From: Phyllosticta citribraziliensis | Lineage: Eukaryota | Length of the DNA: 64,000 bases | NCBI RefSeq assembly: GCF_038025025.1 | Contig: NW_027117338.1 | Coordinates: 1,674,001 to 1,738,000, forward strand | Direction: 5' to 3' | Part shown: positions 36,967 through 49,051 of the stretch, piece by piece | Layout of the letters: each line of letters starts with the position of its first letter | How positions within the stretch are numbered: the first letter of the stretch is position 1 | Notes under the pieces: model-generated | Told to the model about the DNA's origin: nothing | Databases searched by the model: none | The model's input: only the letters and a program-made list of their open reading frames with translations | Made by a program: the position numbers and the translations under genes

Positions 36967-37130
36967 GGCCGCAACTCCTGGCAAAGTGACGCCGAGAGGA
37001 GACTTAAATTTGTCGACAAGCGGGGCGGGCGGAGGACTCAAATGTTAAATTTTATCTTGATCGCCCGAAGAGAAGGACGGCTTTCGCGATGTGCGGGATG
37101 CACGACAGCGGTACGACGTGGTGTCCAGCT

Positions 37131-38557
37131 CTAGGCCTTTGGCAAATCAAGCTCCACCAACCACGGCGCGTGGCTCGGACTGTATCCCAAGTCCATGATA
37201 CTGGCGTTGACCATCAAAGTCTCCTCGCCAGCTTTCAGCGGGCTACCTCCTTCTGCGCTCACATCTGCTAGCGCCGCGTGATTCTTTACTGCTTCGGCAT
37301 CGTCCACCTGGACCTTTTCCACCTCTTTGACAACACCGTCCTTCTCTTCACCGCCCCAGCACACTCTCTCCGCACCCCATCCCTCATGGATGTGGCCAAA
37401 GCAATACAGGCGTGGTCGTGCTCTCTCCGCTGCGCGTAAAAGGTGCGGACAGCCAACGTCGAGGCCAGTGGCGGTGCGGTCAAGGCGACGCAGAGGCGGG
37501 CCGTGTGTCATGAAGACATCAATGGAGCGCGCAGCGGGAAGCTCAGGGACTGGAGTCACCGCGATATTCTTGTAGGGTTTAGAGTTTGGTGGAAGCGGTG
37601 TCGGTGGCAGGTTTGGAGGATTGAAGCGGTCTTCGTGGTGATCGTAGGCAAACGCCCAGTTGCAGAACTCGGGTTGGTAGGGTGAAGAGTAGATCTGGAT
37701 AATGTCAATGGAAATTTCCGAAAGGCTCGGAAACGTCCGAATCGACGAAAAGGTTCGACGCAATGGATGGAAACTAACACCTCGGTGTCACGTGATATGG
37801 GACGGCGAAGGGCAGAGCAGTGCAAAGACTGAGTTGCGAAGCAAGAGAAATTTTGTAGAACAATGAAAAGACAGATGGAAACTAAAGCAAAACAAAACGC
37901 ATAGAGAAAGTGGTAAAGAAGCAGCAAACCAACCTTCAATCTCGCGCCATTACCCAGCTCAAACTCATGCAACCCCTCCTCCAAATACGTGACGCCCGCT
38001 TTATTCGCCAGCTCGCCTTTCCACATCTCCATCGCCTGGTCTGGCATATCCTCATCGAAATCATATTTGTGCATCCTCTTACCATTGCTCATGCCAACGC
38101 CCTTGCTGTTTCCATGATAAAATTGGCCGTCCAGGGAAATGTCATGATTTCCAGCAATGACAAGCTTGAGCGGCGCGTTCACAGCGCTGATCATGTCGAG
38201 TGCGCCTCGGTATTCGTCCAAATGGCCCATCATGGTGAGGTCGCCGCAGTGCAGCAGCACGTCGGCTGCCGGAAGCGGCGATTGAAAGGCCCGCGCATTG
38301 TCGCCGTCAGATGCCGCTTCGGTCGATGCCTGGAGAGGCGCGCTGTGCGTGTCAGAGATGATGAGGATGCGCGTCTTGATGGTGCCTTGGGGTTTGGGAG
38401 GTGCCGCCATGGTGGTGGTGCAGGTCGGAGTCACCGTGCTGGTCGTGTTGTTGTCGGTTACTCGGCTACTGCTCCCCCCGAGGTTTGAACGAAGACGCCG
38501 GAGGTTGAACAGCTTCCTTGAGCCGCGGCTGATACTTTGCTGGATGGACTTGATCAT
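37131..38557 (-). CDS. Calcineurin-like metallophosphoesterase (MPPED-like)
   Basis: ISDTH, LHCGDLT, IAGNHD, MTHGPP, FGHIHEGWG, VNASI. One 239-nt intron (37695-37933). Alternative start 38410. Confidence 0.92.
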
Positions 38558-38762
38558 TGTTTCAGCATGGACGGGTGAACGATAACAAGTGATGGCTCTG
38601 TGCCCCAAGGCAAAGCGAAAGTCCAATCGACGCTGGGGGTGCACGCAGCCAGCCAAACATGGTGCGCTAACCGTAGAAGGCAAGTAGTCCGCATGAAAAC
38701 AGACGTGAGAAACGTTTGTCTACTGTTGACAATCTGAAAACCTCTCTCAAAGCTCAAACCCA

Positions 38763-40833
38763 TCAATACGAGAATGGCCTGATCTTGAGCACCCGCTTCT
38801 CCTCTGGCTTTCCTTTCAACGGCTTATCCATGAACTCCGGGTTCAAATACCACGCCAGATCCTTTCCGCCAAACTCAATCTCACTCCACCCATTACCCAA
38901 CCAAGCCATGCGATTCACCTCTTTACCACCTCTCTCCTCTCCCATATACACATACTCCCAATCCTCCCACCTTGAACTCCTCAACGTCTCGATGCAGTGC
39001 AAAGGGCTGCCCGGCCACAAACCTGAGATTTTGCCGTCTTTGCTGCGGTACCAACTGCGACAGTTATCAGAGTAGACGGTGCGCTGGAAGTACGCGTCGA
39101 CATATGCTGTAAAGTCCCGAACGCGCTCCGCACGCGGAGCCATCGACTTGATGTTGTCTTTCTGCAGTTTGCGGATCGCACGGACGACGTGGTCGCCTGT
39201 GGCCTCGATCATCATGGTGAGCGAACCGGATCCGATTGCGCTGTTGGGTCCCAGCATTGTGAAGTGATTGGGAAATTCTGGGGATACTGCGAGAGAGAGG
39301 TAAGATGTGGCGCGGGTAGCCCAGTGCTTTTGGAGCGAGATCCCCTGTGTGCCAATGACGGGAAAGGGTGGGGGCGCGGAGGTGTGGAAGCCGGTGGCGC
39401 AGACGAGTACGTCGACAGAGTGATGTTTTGAATCGGCCGTGAGGACGCCGGAGGATGTGATTTTGGTAATTGGGGTCGAGATGAAGGACACGTTTGGCTG
39501 AGTGAGGGCTTCCAAAAATCCAATCCCAGGAGTCAGACGGCGGCAACCGGGAGCGAAGGAGGGCAGCAGCGAAGCAAAGATCTCAGGATGAGAAGCAAGT
39601 CGGTCTCTCATACTCTTCTCAAAGAGCTTTTGGCCCTTTTGTTGCTTACTGGTCCCGCGCAGCGTGGTGGAGTGAAGCGAATTTCCATCTTCTTCAATGG
39701 CGAGGCGGAAACGCTGATACGCATCTGGATCTACTGCAAACTTGGCTCTCAACTCATCAGGGACTGTGATACTTTAGCTGCACTCTTTTGGCTTGATGTG
39801 GAACGCTCCTTACTTGTAAACGTCTCCATTCCGAGTTCTTCCCACAGGCACGATCCAAAGGGAGGCGAGATCCAGGTCCTGCTACGAATGAAGCAAGAGA
39901 GCCGGATTTCCGGCAGTTTCTGAAGATTGGGGATTATTTGGATGGCACTACTGCCCGATCCAATAACCCCTACAGTTTTCCCCACGAAGTCGTAGCTGTT
40001 CCAATGTTAGCATCTTCAGAGCCTTGGAGCTGGCTAATCCAACAGACCTCTCATTCCACCTAGCGGAGTGCATCAATTCGCCCTGAAAACTGTCCAAACC
40101 CTCGATATCCGGCCACGCCATGTCGTTCAAATTTCCCCTGGCACTAATAAGCACCTCGGCTTCATCGTCAAAAACTCGCGAATTTTCCAAATCTTCGACC
40201 TTGACATGCCACTTTCCATCGTGATCATCCCATCTGCATTCTTTGATCTTGTGCGACAGCTTTACAAACCTGTCAGCACCATATTTGTGGGAAGTGCGTT
40301 CAATGTAAGCCTGAATTTCGCGTGCTGGCGCGTAAAGAGAGGACCAGTTGGTGTTGGGCTCAAAAGAGTATTGATAAGAGTGCGCTGTTCGAAGTGAGCG
40401 CGAATATTCTTGCCCATTTAGTGCATCAAGGACATGGAACACTAACAAGGAATGTCACAGGCACAACCTGGATATCGATTCTCCCACCTAAAAGAAAATC
40501 AGCCATGCTTTCTAGTACAAGTCGACGAGGAGAAGCCTACCATACTCCTCCAACGCCTGGATTCTTCTCATATATGACTAGCTCGACGTTTCTGAGCTTC
40601 TCTGGTATGCGGATTCCGAGGTAGACTCCTGAGTAGCCAGCGCCGATGACGATAATTCTGAGCCTGCGCGAGTTCTCGACGGGTTGCTCGTGAATCTGAA
40701 AGGCTTCAGATGAGGTCGCAGTATCGCAACGGCCGTTTTCAAGACCTTCGGAGTGGCCATTAGTAGGGTGGGCATTGATGCCGCCGTTGGCATGGTTTGT
40801 CGAGATCGACTCGGGTAGGTTGAGCGCAGACAT
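38763..40833 (-). CDS. Flavin-dependent monooxygenase (Baeyer-Villiger type, StcW/MoxY-like), multi-exon
   Basis: IVIGAGYSG, GGVWWENRYPGCACDIP, FQGELMHSARW fingerprint, VIGSGSSAIQ, GCRRLTPG, CATGF, CRSWY. Confidence 0.93.
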
Positions 40834-41681
40834 CTTGGTCCAGAACACCGAACGAAGGGGCCAAGAAGTCAATTCCAATCCCACGGGGGAAATGGACCAT
40901 GATGGAGAGTTTAAGAACAGATGCAACACCCGTAGTCCCTCGCTGACAATTCGCTGACAACCGTTGGCCGGGATCGATAGACGGGAAAGGCTGGTGAGCT
41001 ACCAAGTCACGGCCGGTATCAAAGATCGAGGACCAATTGCCAAAAGCAAAAGAGTCCGCGGGGTTGGTCATCCAGGGAAGCATGCCCACTTTCCCCACAA
41101 TGAGGCGCCGTAGTCTTGGTGGGGTTCTCCGCAAGCCATGACATGAGAACTTGCCAGAAGCGGCTAAAGTCGCGCCCACATTGGCGGAATTGAGACACCG
41201 TTTTTCTTATTGCCGCCAACAGCTTGACGTATGACCAGGGAGAGGCTTTCGTCACCTGGGATCCGTTAAACGACAGAACCGAGAACTAACAGCGGCATAA
41301 TTCCGCGTCGCCCAGTTAGCGCTCCCGAAGCCCGCTTCGCTGCGTTCTAAGCTTCGTGTTGGCAGTTTATTAGACCAGAGGAGTCTTCGCGGCTGAGACC
41401 ACCATATATTGACAAGACAGCCGAGCTTTGCAATGTCTCAGACCAGAATTGGGCAGCACTTGCCATTCTCTGCAACCGGTTAAGTTTCTTTGGAATTTAG
41501 GGCATTTACATGTTTTCCGTACCGATTGATTGCCCATCGAACCGCTGAACTCCATATCCCAACTCGGTCCTATGCAACCCGCCAACTGACGTCTGTCCGT
41601 ACGTAAATCCCGTCGAAGAAGCGCAAGTTTTCCGTACCCCCGATGTGCGCCAACTACTCCTTCGCCTCTTTTCTTACACTG

Positions 41682-43700
41682 TTATGATTTCGGAAGGGTA
41701 GCATTCATCCCCCAAAAATTGATAATGGCCACCTGATGCTATTAGCAAGATCAAGATCAGTCTGGTTGTTTTCGCAGTCTCTCACCTGGTTGCCCCGCTT
41801 GTAAGCCAGCTTTTTCCCGTCGGAGTCCCATTTCAACGCATGGTAAAGATCCTCCGTGGCCGCTCCATTGGCTACTCCATTTTGAACCGTTTTCTCCCAC
41901 TGATCTTTGTCATTGGGCGCCGGTTTCCACATCATCTTCGAGACGCCTGCTTCAGGATCCCAAAATGTGACTGTGTCTCCACCACCTGCTGCCAAGAGAT
42001 ATCCATCTGGTGAAAAGGCAATCTCTACAATAGAGCCACTGGATAGCTGGCGGATCTTCTCGAATGGCTTTTTCGCGTTCCAGAACTGCAGTGTCCAGAA
42101 TCCTTCGTTCGAAGAGGTGGCCAGAAGGCGTGGCGAGCCGTCGTCAAGTGCTGCTGGGTTAGGTACAGGCTGGAACTCGAGGCCTGTAATGAGGTGGCCA
42201 TGCTCAAACTTGTGGGTGCGGATTTCAGAATCGCCTGGAAGAATGAGGCCGAATCGAGACTCGTCCGGCGCGCCGCATGCGATAATCTTGCAAATCGGAT
42301 CGTATCGTAGCGTTTCCCAGTTCGTCTCTGTGGGATATGATTTTTGAACCTGGAGTTTCCCGTTGGCGATTTCGTAAATCTCCAGTATCCTGACCCCGGC
42401 CACGACAAAAGACGAATCGGACATCCACTCGGCGGCGAAAACTGGTTGAGACGTTTGGATTGTGTAGATTGGTTCTCTTCGGAGATCCTTCCAGATAAAT
42501 ATTCGTGAATTCACATCAGTACTGCAGACGCTGATGAGGAGATTTGCTGATAGGTTGTATCGTAGCGCAAAAACGTTTCCTAGGACCGCCGATATAAGCC
42601 GCGACTGGAGACCACCTTCGCTTAGGTGGTGCATCTTCCACTTGGTAACGCGTTCTCCACTGTCCGCGATCATGTCTTCCAGGGTTCCCACTACTGCTTC
42701 TCCTGGCAAGGTCCATTCGACGGCTGTGACGGTTGGGTGATCCAGGCCGATGTCCAAATCCCGAAATAACGGTTCTGTTGGAACGTCTGCCTGTGCATGT
42801 GAAGCGCTGGGTATACAATAAATTCGCAATAATGACTCTCCTGCTGTCAATAAAAGCTGCGGCTCTGTTGGACTCCACTCCGTATGGACAATCGTGGTGT
42901 CGGGTTCGTTGACTCTTAAAAACGTTGTTTGCGGTCCCAGGTTGGTGAACTTCTCCGTCTGAAGACCGCTGCTTTCGCCCAAAGTCAGTGTCGTCACCAG
43001 CGGTGCAACCTCTTCTTCGACAAGTGATTCTGCGTCAGTGACGACGGCTTCAGATTCGGCAGGGGCGCCATTCGTATCCATGACGACGTCTCCATTGACG
43101 TGGCTTTCTGTTGTCGAGCTTGGCTTCTTCTTCTTGCGGGGTGGCTGGGCGCCATCAACAACGTCGCCGTTGACGATGGCCTTGCGTTCGCGGCGGCTCG
43201 ATGACAGCTTTCTTCGACGCGCTTCGGCATTGTACCGAGCAAAGGGTCTTCCGTGGTCTTGGCCGAATTGGTACCTGCGCGGCTCGGCACCCTGTTTTCG
43301 TCAGAGGGGAGCGGTTGATGGATTGGACAGCACGACACGTACATTCGAGGCCGAGGCGCGCATTTCATCCAGCCATAAACCATCCTGGAGCATGCGCAGC
43401 ATGGTGTGTGTCTGGACTCTGTCGGCAAATGGAAGCGTGTCTGGTTCATCGTGCCAGTCGTGCGCCAGAGCCAGGGCAGCTTTGGCGTATCCTACGAGAA
43501 ATTAGACGTCATGGAGCGACAAAGACGACGGGGACAGGAGGCCAAGCTTTGGCGGGCCGTGATCCGCACGCGCCGGGGCTTCAGCCAGCGCGAGGATCGG
43601 TGGCCATGCTGGTAGATGGGTGGACGAGGGGCGTACCAGCTTCTTGCAGATACCTCCATACTAGGTAGTTGACAACGTTGGAGGACAGGTGCTCTGTCAT
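41682..43700 (-). CDS. SIF2: LisH + WD40 protein, Sif2/TBL1-like
   Basis: N-terminal LisH LSSNVVNYLVWRYLQEAG|YAKAALAL, followed by WD40-like repeats (FSPDGYLLAAGG, LKWDSDGKKLA). Confidence 0.8.
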
Positions 43701-43875
43701 GGCGCATGGTTGTCGCGCGCAGAAAGAGGGCGGAAAGGTTGAGTTGCGCGCGATGCGAGGCGGGGCAGGGCGTAGGAGCCGGTTGGGTGGTGATTGGGGG
43801 GAGGAATTGGTGGACGAGTAGGTAAGGTGGATAGTTGGACAGCTGGGCGTCGGTGGAGCGGCTTGAGGCGAGATG

Positions 43876-43897
43876 GACGAGACGAGACGAGACGAGA
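43876..43897 (+). repeat. (GACGA)n pentanucleotide microsatellite in divergent promoter
   Basis: gacgagacgagacgagacgagac. Confidence 0.8.
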
Positions 43898-44185
43898 CCA
43901 GAGATGGGCAGCGGCAGACGGCAGCAGAGGGCTTGGCTTGGCTCGAAGCACCGGGGTCAGTCATGATCGGCGCCGGCCCTGCACATCCACGTCTTCCCAG
44001 CAACCCTACCCAGAGACTCCACCTCCATCACGACTCCGTCCGAGTCTCCAACCTGCGCCTCTCGGGGCTCTTCCAGCTACTCTCGCTCTTCACCTCGCCT
44101 CAACGCACCGCGAGTCGGCCCCGAGTCTCGATCCAGCGCGCCGAGTCCGCGTCCGCCATCCCCGCAGCACCAACCGAGCTGCACC

Positions 44186-45332
44186 ATGCGCGTCAACATC
44201 CCCCCTCTGACTCGGGGGCTGCTTGTCACGCTCACCACCTTTACTCTCCTTAACTGGATTCTCCGGCCTGGCTACAGCGATTGGGTCCAGGGTCTGGGGA
44301 AACCGCTCCACACCGTCGGCGAGGGAGCCCCGTACCTGGCCATTATCCCTTCCACCGCCATTGTCTACCCATGGGTCTTCGTCGTCGCTACGGTTGTTGA
44401 GCAAAACATCTTTGGCCTCCTGATTACTGCCCTGACCGTCTTCTACGGGGGTCGCTATCTCGAGCGCGCATGGAGCTCCGCCGAGTTTTCAAAGTTCATC
44501 CTTTTCGTTTCCATGATACCCAATGTCCTGACCTTTGTTCTCTACATCGTGGCCTATGCCCTTTCCAAGAATGACGAAGCACTGTACTATTCCCCATCTA
44601 CCCCTTCTGTTCGAACTGACTTTGAATAGCACGGCAACCATCTCTGGCGGCATCTCCATCCAAGCCGCCTTCCTAGTCTCGTTCAAACAACTTGTCCCTG
44701 AGCACACCGTGTCCCTCTTCCGCGGCGCGATTCGCATGCGCGTCAAGCATTTCCCTGCCATATTCCTCGTCGCAAACACAATCTCAGGCCTCGTCTTTGG
44801 GACTGAAACCGCAATGTTCCTCGCGTGGTTCGGATTCTTCACAGCCTGGATATATCTGCGCTTTTACCGCAAGAGCCCCTCGTTGATATCTGCTGCGACT
44901 GGCGAGGATAGCTGGGTCCGTGGTGACGCCAGTGACACTTTCAGCTTTGCGCAATTTTGGCCAGAGCCTCTGCAGATGCCAGTTGGCCTCTTTTGCGACC
45001 AAGTCTACAATGTCCTGGTCGCAATCAAGGTGTGCACGCCATTCTCCATCGAAGACATTGATGCCGGGAACGAACAAGCAACGGCAAGGGCCGAGGGTGG
45101 GCTTCCCAGTCTGATGAACTCGGGACGTGGAAGGGGGGCCAGACGTGAAGAGGCGGAACGTCGGAGGGCATTAGCACTTAAAGTGCTGGACCAGAGGCTG
45201 CACGCTGCGGCCAGCAAGCCCCAATCGCCTGCACCAGCGGTAACATCGGGGCCATCACTCCTTGGAGAGACGACGTATGAGCCAGAGAGGCATGACGAGA
45301 TGCCGCAGCTGCCAACGCAGACCAAGGAATAA
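44186..45332 (+). CDS. TMEM115-like (DUF1751) rhomboid-superfamily membrane protein, 1 intron
   Basis: GGRYLERAWSSAEF, FLVSFKQLVPEHTV, WIYLRFY, RGDASDTFSFAQFWP, EAERRRALALKVLDQRL. Confidence 0.9.
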
Positions 45333-45738
45333 TTCATGACATGCGAGGGGTAATGTTCAAGAAGGCGCCTGCAGGAGAACACCCAAGACGCGCTGTACTC
45401 TCACTGGTTGGCCCATTGAGCAGTCGATTTGGCGTCTGAAAAAAAAGAGTTGTTTGGCTGTGCTGGCCTGTTTAGCGTGCTTGGAGTCGGGACGATACCA
45501 TCTCCTTTTGGTATGGAATAGCACCTGATGGCCGATATTGGTGTAAGAACAATGTCTAGTTATTCGGGCGAATGATTCTTCAAATTGAGCGCGTTGCAAG
45601 CCGACTCGAGGTACCAACTGCAACGTGTTTTGAATGGTTTGGGACCGAAAACGTCCATTACTTGGAGCTCGCAAAACAGATGCTACGCTAACTCATTGCT
45701 CCTCTTCATGCAATTGCCATTCAACGATAGTTCAGACA

Positions 45739-46872
45739 TTATTCGCCAGGTGCCCTCCTCAACCTCGCCAACGTTGCCTTGCCCGCTCTACTGTCATTTG
45801 GTCTCCCCAGTTCTCCGGAAATCCACTCACCAACTGCCGCCAGTCTCTCAACGTCAACTCCAGTCTTGAGCCCCAAGCTCTCAAACAATCTGACCAAGTC
45901 CTCTGTCGCCACGTTTCCCGTGGCGCCAGGAGAAAACGGACACCCACCCAAGCCCGCAACAGCGGCGTCAAACTCTCTAACACCATGCTCCAGGCCGACC
46001 AAAGAATTGACCAGCGCCTGGCCGTACGTGTCGTGAAAGTGGAGAGCCAGGTCCTGGGCCTCGACGCCGGCGGCCGCTAGCGTCTTGAGCAGTTCGCGGG
46101 TGCGCGGCGCGGTCCCCATGCCCGTCGTATCAGCAACGGAGATGACGTCGGCGCCCATTTCGAGCAGCGAAACGGCCAGTTCGGCCACCTTGTGCGGGTC
46201 GACGTCGGGACCCTCGTACGGGCAGCCCAGCGCCACGCTGATGTAGGCGCGGACACGCAGGTTTGCGTCGCGGGCGCGCGAGAGCAGCGGAGCAAAGCGC
46301 GACAGCGACTCGGCGATGCTGCAGTTTGTGTTCTTACGCGTAAAGGTTTCGGTGGCAGCAGTGAAGATGGACAGCTCGATTTCGGGAGGCTCCATCGTCG
46401 TTTGGGGTTTGCTGTGTGCCGCGGACGTTGGAGCATGGGCCGTGTAGGCTTTGAGAAAGTCGTCGAGACCGCGCGTGTTGGGAAGCAAGAACTGATATTT
46501 GATGCTCTCGGTGGAGTTGGGGGGCGTTTTGAGGATATGCTCGAGGATAGAGGAGGAATTGGCCATCTCGAAACTGTCAGCTGTCGTTTGCTTCCGCTTG
46601 TTTACTGTACTGACCTGGGGAACCCATTTTGGGCTGACGAAACTGCCGGCCTCCAAGATCCTCAGTCCAGTTTCTGCAAGCCTTTCGACCAATTCAATCT
46701 TGGTGTCGACGGGGATCTGCTGCCTTTCGTTTTGGAGGCCGTCGCGTGGTCCGACCTCGACAAGCCGGACATGGTCAGAAGCTCTGGTCGCTGTTGCGAG
46801 AGACCTGCGGCCGAGTCCATATTTGGCAGCACGGGCCAAGCAAAGTCCAGCTCGTCTGGGAACCATAGACAT
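45739..46872 (-). CDS. HMGCL: Hydroxymethylglutaryl-CoA lyase, mitochondrial, 1 intron
   Basis: VEVGPRDGLQNE, SFVSPKWVPQ|MA, GCPYEG, HFHDTYGQAL, GLGGCPFSPGATGNVATED. Confidence 0.95.
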   Translation of the reverse strand: MSMVPRRAGLCLARAAKYGLGRRSLATATRASDHVRLVEVGPRDGLQNERQQIPVDTKIELVERLAETGLRILEAGSFVSPKWVPQVSTVNKRKQTTADSFEMANSSSILEHILKTPPNSTESIKYQFLLPNTRGLDDFLKAYTAHAPTSAAHSKPQTTMEPPEIELSIFTAATETFTRKNTNCSIAESLSRFAPLLSRARDANLRVRAYISVALGCPYEGPDVDPHKVAELAVSLLEMGADVISVADTTGMGTAPRTRELLKTLAAAGVEAQDLALHFHDTYGQALVNSLVGLEHGVREFDAAVAGLGGCPFSPGATGNVATEDLVRLFESLGLKTGVDVERLAAVGEWISGELGRPNDSRAGKATLARLRRAPGE

Positions 46873-47240
46873 GATGATCGAGAGGTGAAGGTTTGACACC
46901 TTCGTTTCTGCAGTGAACTTGGAGCAGAGCTTGACGTGAGCGGGCGGCGTGGGTGCTGTCACTCCAGGGTCGAATGACATCGTGTGGGGTAATTGCCGGG
47001 GATGGGCCGGTAGGGCTGATTATCGCCGGTGCTTTGACTCGTCCGATTATTGCTCGACACCAAATATTTCTCTCCCTCTCCTGCGCTCGACTGCTTCCGA
47101 CAGCTCTGCTCTCAGGTCACACTTCACGAACGAAACGCTCCCCCAGGCTGCGCTTTCATTGCCTCCGAGGGCCTCCTCACTTCATCGAGGAAAAATTTCC
47201 GGACCTCAACCACATCTCCCCACCACCAGGCAGCGCGACC

Positions 47241-48789
47241 ATGGAGGAAGACCGCGCGGCGACGAATCTGGGGCCAGAACCAGTCGAAGAACTGAACGCG
47301 GAGCAGAATTCGGCTCCTAAGCAACCCAAGAGACGGTTCGTTGGAAGGAAAACCGCAGCCGGAACAGCAGCAGCAAGATCAAATCCCGACCCAAACGCAA
47401 ACATCGAAGATAGCGGTGCAATTCAAGGCAAGAGAACCAGAAGAAATGATGTCCAAACTCATGCTAATAGATTAGGCAGTCGCACCACCACGGAGAACAG
47501 CTCGCGCGCTCAACAACATCCCCGCGTCCATCCTCGAGGACCCCGACATCAACGAAGCCATATCCCTTCTCCCTACAAACTACAATTTCGAAATACACAA
47601 GACGATACATCGCATTCGCTCCAATGACCACAAATCAGTCGCTCTTCAGTTCCCTGAGGGACTTCTCCTGTTCGCCACCACAATCTCGGACATCCTGACG
47701 CAGTTTTGTCCCGGAATAACCACAACGATTATGGGAGACGTTACATACGGCGCATGCTGTATAGATGACTTCACTGCGCGGGCGCTGGGCTGCGACCTGT
47801 TGGTGCATTACGCCCACAGTTGTTTGATTCCCGTGGCAGTCACAAAAATCGCAACATTATACGTCTTCGTCAGTATCGGCATAGACACGCAGCACCTAGT
47901 CGACACGATACAACGCAACTTCGCTCCAGGCAAGACTATCGCCATGGTTGGCACGATACAGTTCAACGCCACCATCCACGGCATCGCACCACAGCTACGG
48001 CGAGAAGGCTACGAAGTAGTCGTCCCACAGATCATGCCTCTCTCCAAGGGCGAAATCCTCGGCTGCACGTCGCCACGACTCGCCGGTCCCAAGTCCAAAT
48101 CCTCTTCTCTCCTCCCATCAGCCACCACAAAGGCCTCCAAATATGACCCGCCATATGCAGACCTCATTCTGTACCTGGGAGACGGCCGCTTCCACCTCGA
48201 ATCCGCCCAAATCCAAAACCCGCACTTGCCCTCCTACAGCTACGACCCGTACAGCCGGCGCCTAAAGCACGAGACGTACGCCCATTCCGACCTCTACGCC
48301 CTGCGCACGACGGCGATCCAGTCAGCGCGCAAAGCCAAGAAATGGGGACTGATTCTCGGCGCCCTCGGACGCCAGGGCAACCCCCACACGCTGACCATGA
48401 TCGAAAACATTCTAAAGAAGAAGAGGATCCCGTGCCTCAAGATCCTGCTGAGCGAGATCTTTCCCGGCAAGCTGCAGCTGATGAGCGCGAGCGAGGAGCA
48501 GAAGAAGCCGCAGCAGGCGGGCTCCAACGATGGCGACTGCGAGGATGGCGGCGTCGAGGCGTGGGTGCAGATTGCGTGCCCGCGTCTGAGCATCGACTGG
48601 GGCTACGCGTTCCCACGGCCGCTGCTGAGCCCGTACGAGGCGCTAGTCGCGCTGGGCGTGCGAGAGGCCAAGTGGATGGATGCGGCGGAGAGGGGCGACG
48701 ACGCGGCCCAGGAGGTCTATCCCATGGACTTTTACGCCAAGGAGGGACTGGGAAGGACGACGGCGGGACAAGTAGAAGTTGTAGCATAA
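47241..48789 (+). CDS. DPH1: Diphthamide biosynthesis protein 1
   Basis: [80 protein letters not shown]. Confidence 0.96.
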
Positions 48790-49051
48790 TTGTTCAGCGT
48801 TTGAGAAAACACCACCAATAGATCATGCGACTGGACTCAAAGCGATTGTTGGGTGTACATAGGTGCAAAAAGGAGACGGTGCTTGCAATGGCAGACATTG
48901 TGGTCGTACCTTTGAAGCTCGAGCTATTGACAATCTTCTAAGAGAAAGTTTTCAATCGCCTCCGCAAAGAAGTAGACAAACGAATGTCTCCCCCGTGAAG
49001 AAAGCGAGCGATTCTACAAAGGTCAAAATCAATAGGAGCCACCCGCCCAGC

